From NCBI GenBank assembly GCA_947628885.1, contig CANRBO010000001.1, positions 1 through 42,043 of the forward strand: a stretch of 42,043 nt of DNA, given 5' to 3'. Position numbers and translations under genes: made by a program. A model generated the notes under the pieces. That model saw only the letters and a list, made by a program, of their open reading frames with translations, searched no databases and had not been told where the DNA came from. Positions 8,288 through 18,498 of the stretch are shown piece after piece. The DNA is from an uncultured Clostridia bacterium (GTDB lineage Bacteria > Bacillota > Clostridia > TANB77 > CAG-508). The stretch's first letter is position 1. Every line of letters starts with the position of its first letter.

Positions 8288-8441
8288 CCTTACCACCTCT
8301 AACTTTCTTAGCTTAGATTGTAATACAAGCTTTTTAATTTTTTTGTCAAAATTACGTACCTATGCTAAAAAAGTCTACGACATTTTGTGATATATTTTTT
8401 TCTTATTTTATATTAATTTATTCAAAATTACAAGAGTTTCT

Positions 8442-8474
8442 AAAAAAACAGTGGACTATTTTGTAATCCACTGT
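8442..8474 (-). terminator. Rho-independent terminator after the adhesin operon
   Basis: The minus strand reads acagtgga-ttacaaaatag-tccactgt followed by TTTTTTT, 40 nt after the B2 stop. Confidence 0.75.
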
Positions 8475-8513
8475 TATTTTTAAACACTATATTGTTGTGT
8501 TATCTCAAGATAA

Positions 8514-11500
8514 TTATATTATCTTTTTGATAAACAATACTCCTGCGACTAAAATCATTATTGCTGCAGCTGCTAGCATAATTACCAATACATAATTTCT
8601 GTTTTCACCAGTTGGTGGTAATATTACTATCTTTTGACTGCTGTCTGCATCAATTTCTGAAGGTGTAACCAAATCAATTGTTGTATAAATTTCTTCACTT
8701 GCATCATCTCCTAATGACTGGTCTGACATTTCTTGGTTTCCTGATATTGAGTAAGCCATTTTTCTTCCTTGAGAGTTTGATGTAGCAACAATTTCTGCTA
8801 AGTTATTATATACAAAGTTTCCTTCGCCGGTATTTGATAATAATGCTGATATTACAAGCTTTGTAGATGATGTAGAATTATCTTCATCAAATAATGCTGG
8901 TAGTAATTCTGATGATAACTTATCTGTTGTTATCATTGTATTATATGTTGATGCTTGAGGTAGATATGCTCTATTTACTAAGTCGCTATCTAATTTTGAT
9001 TCGTCTACTAACAATTCTCCATTATCTTGTAATGTTGATGATTTGATTATGTCTTGTGCATTTGTAACTTTCCAGTTAGAATCTACATCTTGATAATTTT
9101 CATCAAATCTTGCCAAATTAGATACATAGTCTATAATTTCTTTTGCATTAGTTGTTGATACTTTGCCTGCGTCATTTGGATATAATGATTTTCCTGTATA
9201 GTAGAATTGTTTATCTAAGTAATCAACTTCTCCTACGTTTTGTACTGATATATCATAAGTAGCTTCTATTGTAGCTCCTGCAATTAATTCTTCATCCATA
9301 TATGCCTGTATTAACTCTGGTAGTTCTTTAGAATTTCTTGCTACTTCATATCCGTCTAATCTAAATCCATTATATTTTACACTATGTCCATTATGTTGTG
9401 CAAAGAATAAGTTGTTTACTGATTGTGTTGTGTCGAATAATGGTTGTCTATTAGCAAGTATTAATTTAAAGTTTGTAATTTCTTTATTTAGTTTTAATTG
9501 TGCTTTTGGTCTTTCTTGTAGTCCTAAATCAATATCTCCTATTGTGTAATCTATTTTATTATTGTTTCCTTGATTTTCAGTAGCACGTGTATTATATTCT
9601 ATTTCTGTATCTATAATACCAGTTTCAGCAACCATTGCTGTATTTTGTTTTAATTGATTTATCTTTTCTTCTTGTGCTTTTCTTTGTTCTTCTATAGAGC
9701 TATATTCATATGTTCCAAGGCTTTCAAATGAATCTAGGATTTCTGCTCTATTATTTAATAATGTTTTATCATTTGCTCCCATAGACCAATTATTTACTTT
9801 TTCTCTATAACTATATACGTCTTTTGCATCTGATGCACCTTGTACATTAGCACTTGCTCCTATGTCATAATAGTACATTGAAGATTTATTTGACCAATTA
9901 TTCTCGTTTTGAGATTCGTAATCTTTATATCCTCTTATTCCATTATAACTTGTGTCTTGATTTATTTCTGTTTGATATGTTGTTGATTTATAATCTTGAC
10001 CATTATAAGATTTTGCATTTAGACCTTTTTTGCCTATTAGTGTATTTACACTATTTTCATTATTTAGTAATACTGTGTCTTCGTGGTCTCCATAAGTAAA
10101 TCTAATGTAGAAATCTCCTGCTGGTACAGATTTAAATGCATATGTTCCATTATTTCCTATATTGTCTGATGATACATGGAATATTCCCGGTCCTGTAAGA
10201 ATTACTTTTGATGAACCTATACCACTAAAGTATCTGTCATTATTTTCACTAACTTTTACTAACTGTCCGTTTCCGTCATAATCAAATGTTGTGGTTCCCC
10301 AAACTTTTTCTCCAATATAATTTCCTAAGAATATACCGTTGTTATCAACATTTTGTACAAGTTCAACTAATTCGACTTTAACACCATTTATTAATGTTTC
10401 TCCGTCTTCATGTTTACCATTTCCAACTACAGCCTTATCGTTTGTAACATTTCTTTCATCTTCATAAACATATCCTGATAATATCCTAGAGTCATTTTCT
10501 GTATTCTTTATTATTACCTTGATATTTGGTGCCTTATCTGTATCTGTTTCAAGTCTGTTTTCTACTTGGCTGGTTGTTGATGATCTTAAGTCTCCCTCGT
10601 TTGTTAAATCAACTGCTTGTAAACTTCCTGCTTTAGATTGTGTAGCTATAATTCCTGCTGTTTTTCCTGATACTGAAGCATCTACTCTTCCATTATTTTG
10701 TTGTAAATAATTTGGAATACTTGCATTTGGTCCATAATATGTAGAATATCCATTGATTTCTGCTATATTACGTTTTCCAACTGTTACTGTTCCTGCATTT
10801 AAGTCTTGGTCTAATTTAACTTTTCCTGTTGCTGGGTCATTATTTACCTTAAATGTTAGATACATTGTTACAGTTTCTCCTGGAGTCAATCTATCACTTC
10901 CTGATGCTGACTTAATTCCAGTAATATATAATGAACTGTAATTGTAGTTTCCATTTGAAAGAGTTTTGTTTGCTTCTCTATCTGCGAAACTTGTCTTATT
11001 GCTTACAACTAAATTACTATTTGGTAATTTGTTTCCTTTCTTGTCTCCTATAAATGAATTTACATATGTTTCTGTAACATTTCCATTTTCATCATATCTA
11101 TTATATGTGTTTAATGTATATGTTCCATTTGCATTTAATGTTCCGTCAAATGTATATTGATCTGCATCGTAGTAATCAACAATCTCATTAATTGATGCAT
11201 CTAATGTTGGAGAAGCATTTAATACTATAATTCTGTATGTTACATACACTTGAATATTTTTAGCTGGAGTACTTTCATCATTATATAGATATTCTGAAGG
11301 ACGTACCTCTCTAGAATATGCATATGCACCATTGTATAATTCATCTGCTGCTCTAACTTCTATATTCCATGTTCCGTCGTTATTTGCATCCTTTTTAGCA
11401 TACTTGTATTCTTGTGATTTTCCGTTTACAATAACAGTTGCTTTATAAACGTCTTTTTCTAATTTTACTTCTTCATTTTCTCTTTCTGTTATTCCGAAAT

Positions 11501-13649
11501 CTACATATCTACTTTGATCTGATTTTTTAGTATATAAATATGAATATACTTCGCCTTGACCAAATGTTACTGTTTCAACATTATCAGGTGGGTTATTTAA
11601 ATCTTCTAGTACAAATCTATCATATACTGGATATTGTACTAGAGATGTACCACTTGTTAATGGATCATCTACATGGGTTGTTGCCTCTATCATACAATCT
11701 TTGATAAATGTTACAACACCTGCACAGTCAACACTTCCAACTCCCTTAGATTGTAACCATTTTGTAAGTTCTGTATAAGCTTTATCATAAGAACCTTGAG
11801 ATACAACATATTTTAAGAATTGGTTCCATGCATCACCATATGTTAATGCTATTATTTTTCCTTCATTATCTTTTCCATTTTCAATGTACTCGCCATTATC
11901 TCGTGCAAGTTTTGTTTGTAATCCATAAGATTTATGCCATTGACCATTTATCTTATAGTTCTTTGGAGTTGAATCTATTTTTCCAAATCTACTATTAAAT
12001 GAGTCTCTTGAAATATCTTGTCCGTTTGAATATCCACCTGTCAAATTATTCTTATAATATGTAGTTTGATATAATTGTCCATTATATACAAATTTTACAT
12101 AATATTTTATTAATGGATTTAAGTTAGAGAAATGATATTTACCATTAGCATCTGTTATAGTTGTTGCAACTAAATTGTTATTTTCATCATATAATCTAAC
12201 TTCCATGCCGGCAAATGGAGTATCATTAGCTGATCTTACACCTGAAATGATTAGAGTTTTTACTTCTCCTAAGTCTTGCCATACATTTCCACCTAATTCC
12301 ATTAAGAAGCTTTTTGCTCCCATTAGAGGTGAACCATAATCTTCTTTTGCTACTACTGCTACTTTAACTTCGCCTTCATCTTTCCACTCAGCTCTTATAC
12401 CAGCATCTGCTGAAGCTTCAATTCCTATTTTTATAAGCTCTTGTAACCTAGTTGGTATTTCTATTTCTGCTTTGTATTTGAAAGATTTTACATAGTAATA
12501 ATGATGTTGATATCCTGTAATACGTCCGTTTGAATCATATATTGGATCTTCCCATGAATCGGTTCCGTCTGTTACTTCACAATTAATTATTTTTAAATCC
12601 ATGCTAGCGAACTCATTTCCTTTATCAGTTAGAGTTCCTGTTAAAGCCATACCAAATTGTTCATCAAATATATTTCCTGGAATATTTGCAGGATCGAAGT
12701 TATCTGATACTTCTAGTCTTAAATTAACATCATTTATATATCCTTCTACTGTTCCCTTTGAACCTATATAAACTGAACCTGTTCCGTCTACTTCTTTAAT
12801 ATATTTTATTCCTATTCCTGGATTTATTTTTGTAACACCTTGATTAGGTTTAAATCTGATGTAGAATTCTTTTCCAAACCCAGGGAATTGAATCTCCTTA
12901 CCATTTTTGTCAAGTATTTTGATACTAGTTCCGTCTATTCCTGTTATTTCAAATGATGCAAAAGGTACTATGTCAGAATATTCATTAATTCTAGCTAATT
13001 CATTATAAAATATAGTTTTAGCTTCTGGTGTAGAATCTAATCCAGTTGTTTTTACATCTAACTTGTAAGGTCCAACTGTGTAATAATCATTTACTGAATC
13101 TACTAGAACTCTGCATTTATCTGAAGTACTAGAAAATTCTATTTTTCCGTCCTTATTAAGAATTCCATAATAGAATTGTGCATATTGCTCTGCTCTAGCT
13201 TGTAACTTTGACTTCAATGTGTTGTTTGAATCTTTAACAGCATAGTCTAAAAGCATACCTTGAAATTTCTCTGAATCTTTGTATTGATCTGATGCCCAAA
13301 TTATCTGCTGTATTGCTTCTTCATCCCAATTGTTAGTCTGAATAGCTGTATAAATGGCAAATGCAACACTTTGTTCTAATTTGATGTCTTTATTATAGCT
13401 ATAGTCAATTTCCCTTGAAGATGCATCCATACCACTTACATTTTCAATCCAGTATGATCTAAGGTGATCAATACAGAATAAATATGCATCATTTAGATAA
13501 GCTTCTGCTTCCGGAGATTTAATTGATAAATTCTTATTATCCGAGCTATAAACTGTAGTTGAGCCATATACAGATTTACCTATCAGCCATACAATTGCAG
13601 TAACGATTATCATTAGTAAAATTTTAGATTTTTTACTACTTAATCTCAT
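8514..13649 (-). CDS. B2: giant LPxTG-anchored surface protein with a thioester-domain-like N-terminus and SdrD-B/CnaB-like modules
   Basis: 1711 aa with an N-terminal signal/TM segment. It carries YLFCIDH ... AIQQIIWA (Cys/Gln thioester-type motifs). SdrD-B-like modules include GMEVRLYDENNNLVATTITDANGKYHFSNL and GVKVELVELV...GTYAFKSVPAGDFYIRF. The C-terminus is LPPTG (8607-8621), then a hydrophobic stretch, then KKII. Confidence 0.85.
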   Translation of the reverse strand: MRLSSKKSKILLMIIVTAIVWLIGKSVYGSTTVYSSDNKNLSIKSPEAEAYLNDAYLFCIDHLRSYWIENVSGMDASSREIDYSYNKDIKLEQSVAFAIYTAIQTNNWDEEAIQQIIWASDQYKDSEKFQGMLLDYAVKDSNNTLKSKLQARAEQYAQFYYGILNKDGKIEFSSTSDKCRVLVDSVNDYYTVGPYKLDVKTTGLDSTPEAKTIFYNELARINEYSDIVPFASFEITGIDGTSIKILDKNGKEIQFPGFGKEFYIRFKPNQGVTKINPGIGIKYIKEVDGTGSVYIGSKGTVEGYINDVNLRLEVSDNFDPANIPGNIFDEQFGMALTGTLTDKGNEFASMDLKIINCEVTDGTDSWEDPIYDSNGRITGYQHHYYYVKSFKYKAEIEIPTRLQELIKIGIEASADAGIRAEWKDEGEVKVAVVAKEDYGSPLMGAKSFLMELGGNVWQDLGEVKTLIISGVRSANDTPFAGMEVRLYDENNNLVATTITDANGKYHFSNLNPLIKYYVKFVYNGQLYQTTYYKNNLTGGYSNGQDISRDSFNSRFGKIDSTPKNYKINGQWHKSYGLQTKLARDNGEYIENGKDNEGKIIALTYGDAWNQFLKYVVSQGSYDKAYTELTKWLQSKGVGSVDCAGVVTFIKDCMIEATTHVDDPLTSGTSLVQYPVYDRFVLEDLNNPPDNVETVTFGQGEVYSYLYTKKSDQSRYVDFGITERENEEVKLEKDVYKATVIVNGKSQEYKYAKKDANNDGTWNIEVRAADELYNGAYAYSREVRPSEYLYNDESTPAKNIQVYVTYRIIVLNASPTLDASINEIVDYYDADQYTFDGTLNANGTYTLNTYNRYDENGNVTETYVNSFIGDKKGNKLPNSNLVVSNKTSFADREANKTLSNGNYNYSSLYITGIKSASGSDRLTPGETVTMYLTFKVNNDPATGKVKLDQDLNAGTVTVGKRNIAEINGYSTYYGPNASIPNYLQQNNGRVDASVSGKTAGIIATQSKAGSLQAVDLTNEGDLRSSTTSQVENRLETDTDKAPNIKVIIKNTENDSRILSGYVYEDERNVTNDKAVVGNGKHEDGETLINGVKVELVELVQNVDNNGIFLGNYIGEKVWGTTTFDYDGNGQLVKVSENNDRYFSGIGSSKVILTGPGIFHVSSDNIGNNGTYAFKSVPAGDFYIRFTYGDHEDTVLLNNENSVNTLIGKKGLNAKSYNGQDYKSTTYQTEINQDTSYNGIRGYKDYESQNENNWSNKSSMYYYDIGASANVQGASDAKDVYSYREKVNNWSMGANDKTLLNNRAEILDSFESLGTYEYSSIEEQRKAQEEKINQLKQNTAMVAETGIIDTEIEYNTRATENQGNNNKIDYTIGDIDLGLQERPKAQLKLNKEITNFKLILANRQPLFDTTQSVNNLFFAQHNGHSVKYNGFRLDGYEVARNSKELPELIQAYMDEELIAGATIEATYDISVQNVGEVDYLDKQFYYTGKSLYPNDAGKVSTTNAKEIIDYVSNLARFDENYQDVDSNWKVTNAQDIIKSSTLQDNGELLVDESKLDSDLVNRAYLPQASTYNTMITTDKLSSELLPALFDEDNSTSSTKLVISALLSNTGEGNFVYNNLAEIVATSNSQGRKMAYSISGNQEMSDQSLGDDASEEIYTTIDLVTPSEIDADSSQKIVILPPTGENRNYVLVIMLAAAAIMILVAGVLFIKKII

Positions 13650-13651
13650 TG

Positions 13652-16600
13652 CTATCTCCTTTCTATATAATTATACATTTTGTTTATAATATGTTTTTTG
13701 ACTTCATATATTGCTATACCTAATATTGCTAATATTCCTATAGTAATTCCTGTAAATGATGCTATTTCTTTACCTGTTGCCATACCTATTACAACATCTG
13801 CTGATGATTTGTCATCTACTGCATCTTGGGTATTTCCAGCATTTGCATCAATATCTTCTAGTCCATATTCATTATAATACATTGCTATTTCTGCAGTGTT
13901 TCTAACTGTACCTGTATTTTCTCCTGACATCTTTCTGCTTAATACTAATGTTAATACTGCAGTTTCTCCTGGATTAATTAATGTATTTGCTAAGCTTGTA
14001 TTATAAGCATTTCCGTCTTGTCCTAGATACCATGAACTGTTTAGTTCTGAGTTAAATGTCATACCTTCAGGAACATAATCAATAACTGATTTAGCATATC
14101 CTGATACTTGACCTTTGTTCTCAACACTAATCTTATATTCGATTAATACTGTTGCGAACTCTACATTAGCAGTTGCTAATTCAACTTTAGCTACTGATAA
14201 ATCATTTTGATCATAAACTTTTGTCTCTGCCTTAGTATTTGTTACAGTTATTCTTGATATTGTTTTACTAATATCTAAATCAAATATTCTGTTTCTAACT
14301 AATCCTAAGTCTATATTATAGATATTTGCATTATCTATTTTTATTTCATCAGTTATAGCAACTTCTTTTTCATCCATTTTAGCTGTTACAAAATCTGAAT
14401 TCTCTGATTCTGATATATCAGCTACTTTATATGGTGCTACCCCATAATTTAATCCGTCTATTTCAACAACAACTATATAACTTCCTGGATTTACATTTAC
14501 AAAAATGTATACTCCTGATTGATTTGTTGTTGTTACTAATTCTTTACCGTCAACATCTTTTGCTATTTTTCCGGTTTGTTTGTCATATAATCTAACAGTT
14601 AAACCTGATACTTTTTCTTCTGCCTGTTCTTTTCTACCATTTGTATTTGCATCTAACCATGCTGTTCCACTAACTTTATAAGTTCCTTCTTTAGTTACAA
14701 CATCATCTAAGTCTTCGTTACCTGTTCCTGGTGTTCCACTTGGTTCTGTACTTGGACCAACCGAACTATCTGATGTTCCAACAATTTTATGTGTTAGTGT
14801 ATTAGTATTTATAGATTTTTCTCCATATTTTATAGTTGCAGTGTTTTGTATGTCTTCTACTCTACCTTTTTGTAACATATATGGTAATGCTCTAATTGTT
14901 AATCTTGCTGTTTGTGATGCTTCTATATCTAATGATACTAATATGTCTGCTGAACCTGCATCTTGTTGTTTTGTTCCATTTGCATCTTGTATTTCATAAC
15001 CTAATACACCTAATGCTGATGCAATAGTATCTTTTACAGTAACTGTAACCTTTTCACTTCCATTATTTTTTACATCAATATAATATTCCATATCATCATT
15101 GTCGCTCATATTTCCTTCAGGAATATTGCTTGATAATGATGCTGTTATAGTCTCTTTAATTACTTTGTATGAGATTGTATTAACTTTTGATTCTCCTTGC
15201 ATACCTTCGCAAGTTACACTACTTGTTATATTTATTTGTTCTTCATTTCCAATATTATCTGCCTCAAGCTTAATTGTCAAACCGTCTGTTGCTCCTGGTT
15301 TTATAGTATCTCTCTTGTATGTTAGTGTATGGCTTGATTCATCATAATTGTACTCTGTATTCTCATTATTTAAAACTGCTACTATTTTTAATTGTCTAGG
15401 TATAACAATTTTAGCCACTACATTATTTTTTGCTTCATAGTTAGCATTTCTAATATCTAGGCAATAATTGATTTCATCACCTTTGCTAACTGATTTGTTA
15501 GCTTTATCTGATGTTGCTAATGTTTCAATATCACCTTTTACAACATTTACTGTTATTTGTGCTGTAACATTTCCGTCTAATTTTTCTGCACTAACTGCTG
15601 ACATGATTTTTTGTTCTGTTACTTCATTTTCAACTCCAGTAATTGTTTGAACTACTGCTAAAATATATTCTACTGTTTTTGTTTCACCTATATTAAGTGT
15701 TTCTATTGTAGAGCTTAATGTTTTAGTATTGTAGTCATAAGTATATTTTGGAATATCTGTAATTCCATAAGTTTCATTTATTAGAGCAATTCCAGCTGGT
15801 AAATTAATATCAACTTTTACATTATCTGCAACGTCTTTTCCGTCGTTTCTAATATTTAGTCTGTATTTAATTAATTTACCTTCTTTAACTTGACCGCCAT
15901 TTTGTATTTGACTGCCTGTTGTAAATTCAGTAACTATTGGTTCTAACTTAATGTCAGGTATTTCTCCTGTAGTCAAACCAACTGCTTTAGCTAAGACAAC
16001 ATCTTTAGATTGTCCTTGCTCTGCGTTATTATTATAATATACTGCATATGTAGATTTAGCTGTATTTCCATATTGTAGGTTTTCAGGAACTTTTACACTG
16101 TAATCAAAAGTCATTGATGATATTTGTTCTACAGGTCCATTTGCAACTATTTTATATGCTTTTGAATTTTCACTATATGTATTTGTCCATGAACTTCCTT
16201 CAACTGTTTCGTTTGCATTTTCACTATATAATACATTTGCATCTAATCCATTTACATTTACTGTACTTGCTAATTTTGTATCAAAGTTTGAACCCAAATC
16301 GTTCTCATTTGCATCTTTGTTTCCGCTAGTTGGTAATGTTCCTAAAATAGTAACTCCTGTTGCCTCATGACCTAGGTTATTCACAATTGTTCCACTTATT
16401 GTTACATTTTTTTCTGTATCATTTGCTTGGATTTTAGAAATCTTTTCTTCTCCTTCTTGTGCTGTTACTTTCTCTCCATTTACTTCTAATGAGTTAGTTG
16501 TAACAAATCCAGTAGGAGCAACTATTCCTATATTTTCTTGTACTTGATTATTTTCTCCAGTTTCTCCATTTGCATAATCTAGTGTAATAATGCCTTCAGT

Positions 16601-18433
16601 TGTTGGTGCTAAATTGTCTAATATTATGTCTGCAACTATTCTTACTACTGTTCCATTAGATGTTGATTGTGAACTATATTTTGTTTGTGTTCCACTTAAA
16701 TCCAATGAAATTACATTTCCATTTACATTTAGATTATTTAGTACTAATTCGTCTTCATATATAAGGTTAGCTTCTTTTACATTTACCTCTTTTACTTCTT
16801 TAGGTAATGTAATATTTAATTTTGCATTTGAATATAATGCATTTGTTATATCATTTGTTTCTAATGTTGCTGTTATAATAACATCTTCATTTTTAACAAC
16901 TGTTGATAAATTATCTGCATTTATATTTAATTGTGCTGTTGATTTAGGTTCTATTAATTTAGTTGTTTTTGAAATTGTTTTAGAGCAATTTGCATTTTGC
17001 TCTTTATATCCTTCTGCTACTACATTAGTTGTTAATTCTGTAAAACTTGCTATTTGTTCTTTAGAAAAGTTCCTATTTGAATTTATTACCTTTGAAATAA
17101 CTAATTCTAGGTCTCCTTCCTTTTCTACTTTGCTTGTTTCCATTGTAATCTTTGCATTATTTACTTCTAATTCAAGATTATCTTTTGATAAAGTTCCTAA
17201 TTCTGTTCCGTCTTCTGCTAAGATTTTTATAGTTCCGTTTTCTCCAAGAATTTCAACTAGGTTATCTCTATCAACTTTTACTTTTCTATCTGTTATAGAA
17301 TTATTTGCAACACTGCTATTAAACGTTGAATCATTTTCATGTATTTTTATTGCATCTAATACATCTTTAAATCCAACATTAGCTTTTAATCTTACTTCAA
17401 ATGCTGTCTCATAATTATTTTGTTCATTTTTAAGATTTGTGTACATATAACCTTTGTTTATCTCATCTGTTCCAAAGGCTTCTATCTCAACATATTCTCC
17501 AACTTTTTCTGTTAATTCAAAAGTATTTGTTATATTAGCTTCAATAGTATTATTTTTAACATTAGCCTTTGCTGATATCTTTGATTCTATTGTGGCTTTT
17601 TCAACTTGTGTATCATAAATATATGTAACCATATATTCATCTTGAGAATCCCATTTTATCTTTCCTTCTGAATCAGGTGTGTTTTCCTTATTAATTGTAA
17701 CTTTATTATCTTCATAAGAATATGTAATTTCTTTTCCTGTTACAATTACGTTAGTTGGCTCTGTTCCTTCTAATGTTGGGGCATTTAAAACAATTTCTTT
17801 GCTTTTTACAGGCATTTTATTTTCTTCAATACCTTCTTTTACTTTAAAGCTTATCATTGTTTTATTTTCGCCGAACTTAATATATCTAACCAAACTTTGT
17901 TCAGCTAGTTCTTTTAACTCTGATGTCCACTCTACATGCTCTGTCAATGATTTGTTTATCTTTTTCTCTTTACCATTTTGATTTACATATACTGCATTTA
18001 GAGTAATAGTGCTATCTTTGCCTAAAATATCTTCTGATACTCTGCTTTCCTTTTTTAGTCTTATTGGTAATGATACATTTAAAACTTTTCCAGTATTTAC
18101 TTCATCTAATCCAATAACATTTCCATTTATGGATTTTACATTTAGATTATCACTTTCGATAATCTCATAGTTATTGTTTTCTAAAGTAACTGTTGAATTT
18201 TTTAAATATCCTGTTCCTGAAACTTTTAGACTTAATAGTAAATTTCCCTCTTCGTTTACATCTAATGACGCACTATAATCATTATTAATAGTTGCATTAA
18301 ATTCAACATTTTCTTCTGAAGTTTTAGCATCTTGCTGTATAGTTGTAGCATAAGAAACTACTGGCATGAAATTAACACTTGCTAGCATTGCTACAATTAT
18401 TACTGCAATTAATTTGTTTAAAAGCTTTTGCAT
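13652..18433 (-). CDS. A2: giant surface repeat protein (DUF11-type repeats, one SdrD-B-like module, C-terminal TM anchor, no LPxTG)
   Basis: 1593 aa with SD AAAGGAGG. The signal peptide ends ...VSYA. DUF11-like modules include GKLIKYRLNIRNDGKDVADNVKVDINLP and GDEINYCLDIRN. The SdrD-B-like module is GTAWLDANTNGRKEQAEEKVSGLTVRLYD...GVYIFVNVNPGSYIV. The C-terminus is GITIGILAILGIAIYEVKKH. Confidence 0.85.
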   Translation of the reverse strand: MQKLLNKLIAVIIVAMLASVNFMPVVSYATTIQQDAKTSEENVEFNATINNDYSASLDVNEEGNLLLSLKVSGTGYLKNSTVTLENNNYEIIESDNLNVKSINGNVIGLDEVNTGKVLNVSLPIRLKKESRVSEDILGKDSTITLNAVYVNQNGKEKKINKSLTEHVEWTSELKELAEQSLVRYIKFGENKTMISFKVKEGIEENKMPVKSKEIVLNAPTLEGTEPTNVIVTGKEITYSYEDNKVTINKENTPDSEGKIKWDSQDEYMVTYIYDTQVEKATIESKISAKANVKNNTIEANITNTFELTEKVGEYVEIEAFGTDEINKGYMYTNLKNEQNNYETAFEVRLKANVGFKDVLDAIKIHENDSTFNSSVANNSITDRKVKVDRDNLVEILGENGTIKILAEDGTELGTLSKDNLELEVNNAKITMETSKVEKEGDLELVISKVINSNRNFSKEQIASFTELTTNVVAEGYKEQNANCSKTISKTTKLIEPKSTAQLNINADNLSTVVKNEDVIITATLETNDITNALYSNAKLNITLPKEVKEVNVKEANLIYEDELVLNNLNVNGNVISLDLSGTQTKYSSQSTSNGTVVRIVADIILDNLAPTTEGIITLDYANGETGENNQVQENIGIVAPTGFVTTNSLEVNGEKVTAQEGEEKISKIQANDTEKNVTISGTIVNNLGHEATGVTILGTLPTSGNKDANENDLGSNFDTKLASTVNVNGLDANVLYSENANETVEGSSWTNTYSENSKAYKIVANGPVEQISSMTFDYSVKVPENLQYGNTAKSTYAVYYNNNAEQGQSKDVVLAKAVGLTTGEIPDIKLEPIVTEFTTGSQIQNGGQVKEGKLIKYRLNIRNDGKDVADNVKVDINLPAGIALINETYGITDIPKYTYDYNTKTLSSTIETLNIGETKTVEYILAVVQTITGVENEVTEQKIMSAVSAEKLDGNVTAQITVNVVKGDIETLATSDKANKSVSKGDEINYCLDIRNANYEAKNNVVAKIVIPRQLKIVAVLNNENTEYNYDESSHTLTYKRDTIKPGATDGLTIKLEADNIGNEEQINITSSVTCEGMQGESKVNTISYKVIKETITASLSSNIPEGNMSDNDDMEYYIDVKNNGSEKVTVTVKDTIASALGVLGYEIQDANGTKQQDAGSADILVSLDIEASQTARLTIRALPYMLQKGRVEDIQNTATIKYGEKSINTNTLTHKIVGTSDSSVGPSTEPSGTPGTGNEDLDDVVTKEGTYKVSGTAWLDANTNGRKEQAEEKVSGLTVRLYDKQTGKIAKDVDGKELVTTTNQSGVYIFVNVNPGSYIVVVEIDGLNYGVAPYKVADISESENSDFVTAKMDEKEVAITDEIKIDNANIYNIDLGLVRNRIFDLDISKTISRITVTNTKAETKVYDQNDLSVAKVELATANVEFATVLIEYKISVENKGQVSGYAKSVIDYVPEGMTFNSELNSSWYLGQDGNAYNTSLANTLINPGETAVLTLVLSRKMSGENTGTVRNTAEIAMYYNEYGLEDIDANAGNTQDAVDDKSSADVVIGMATGKEIASFTGITIGILAILGIAIYEVKKHIINKMYNYIERR

Positions 18434-18498
18434 TGCAATCCTCCTTTAATATTTACATAATAATATACTATATATTATACAACGTTTTTCATTTATTT

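Noticed and set aside
13772-13786. GMATG near the A2 C-terminus as a possible atypical sortase motif.
   Set aside because: The aligned position in the paralogue A1 reads KDNTS, so the motif is not conserved. A plain TM anchor is the simpler reading.
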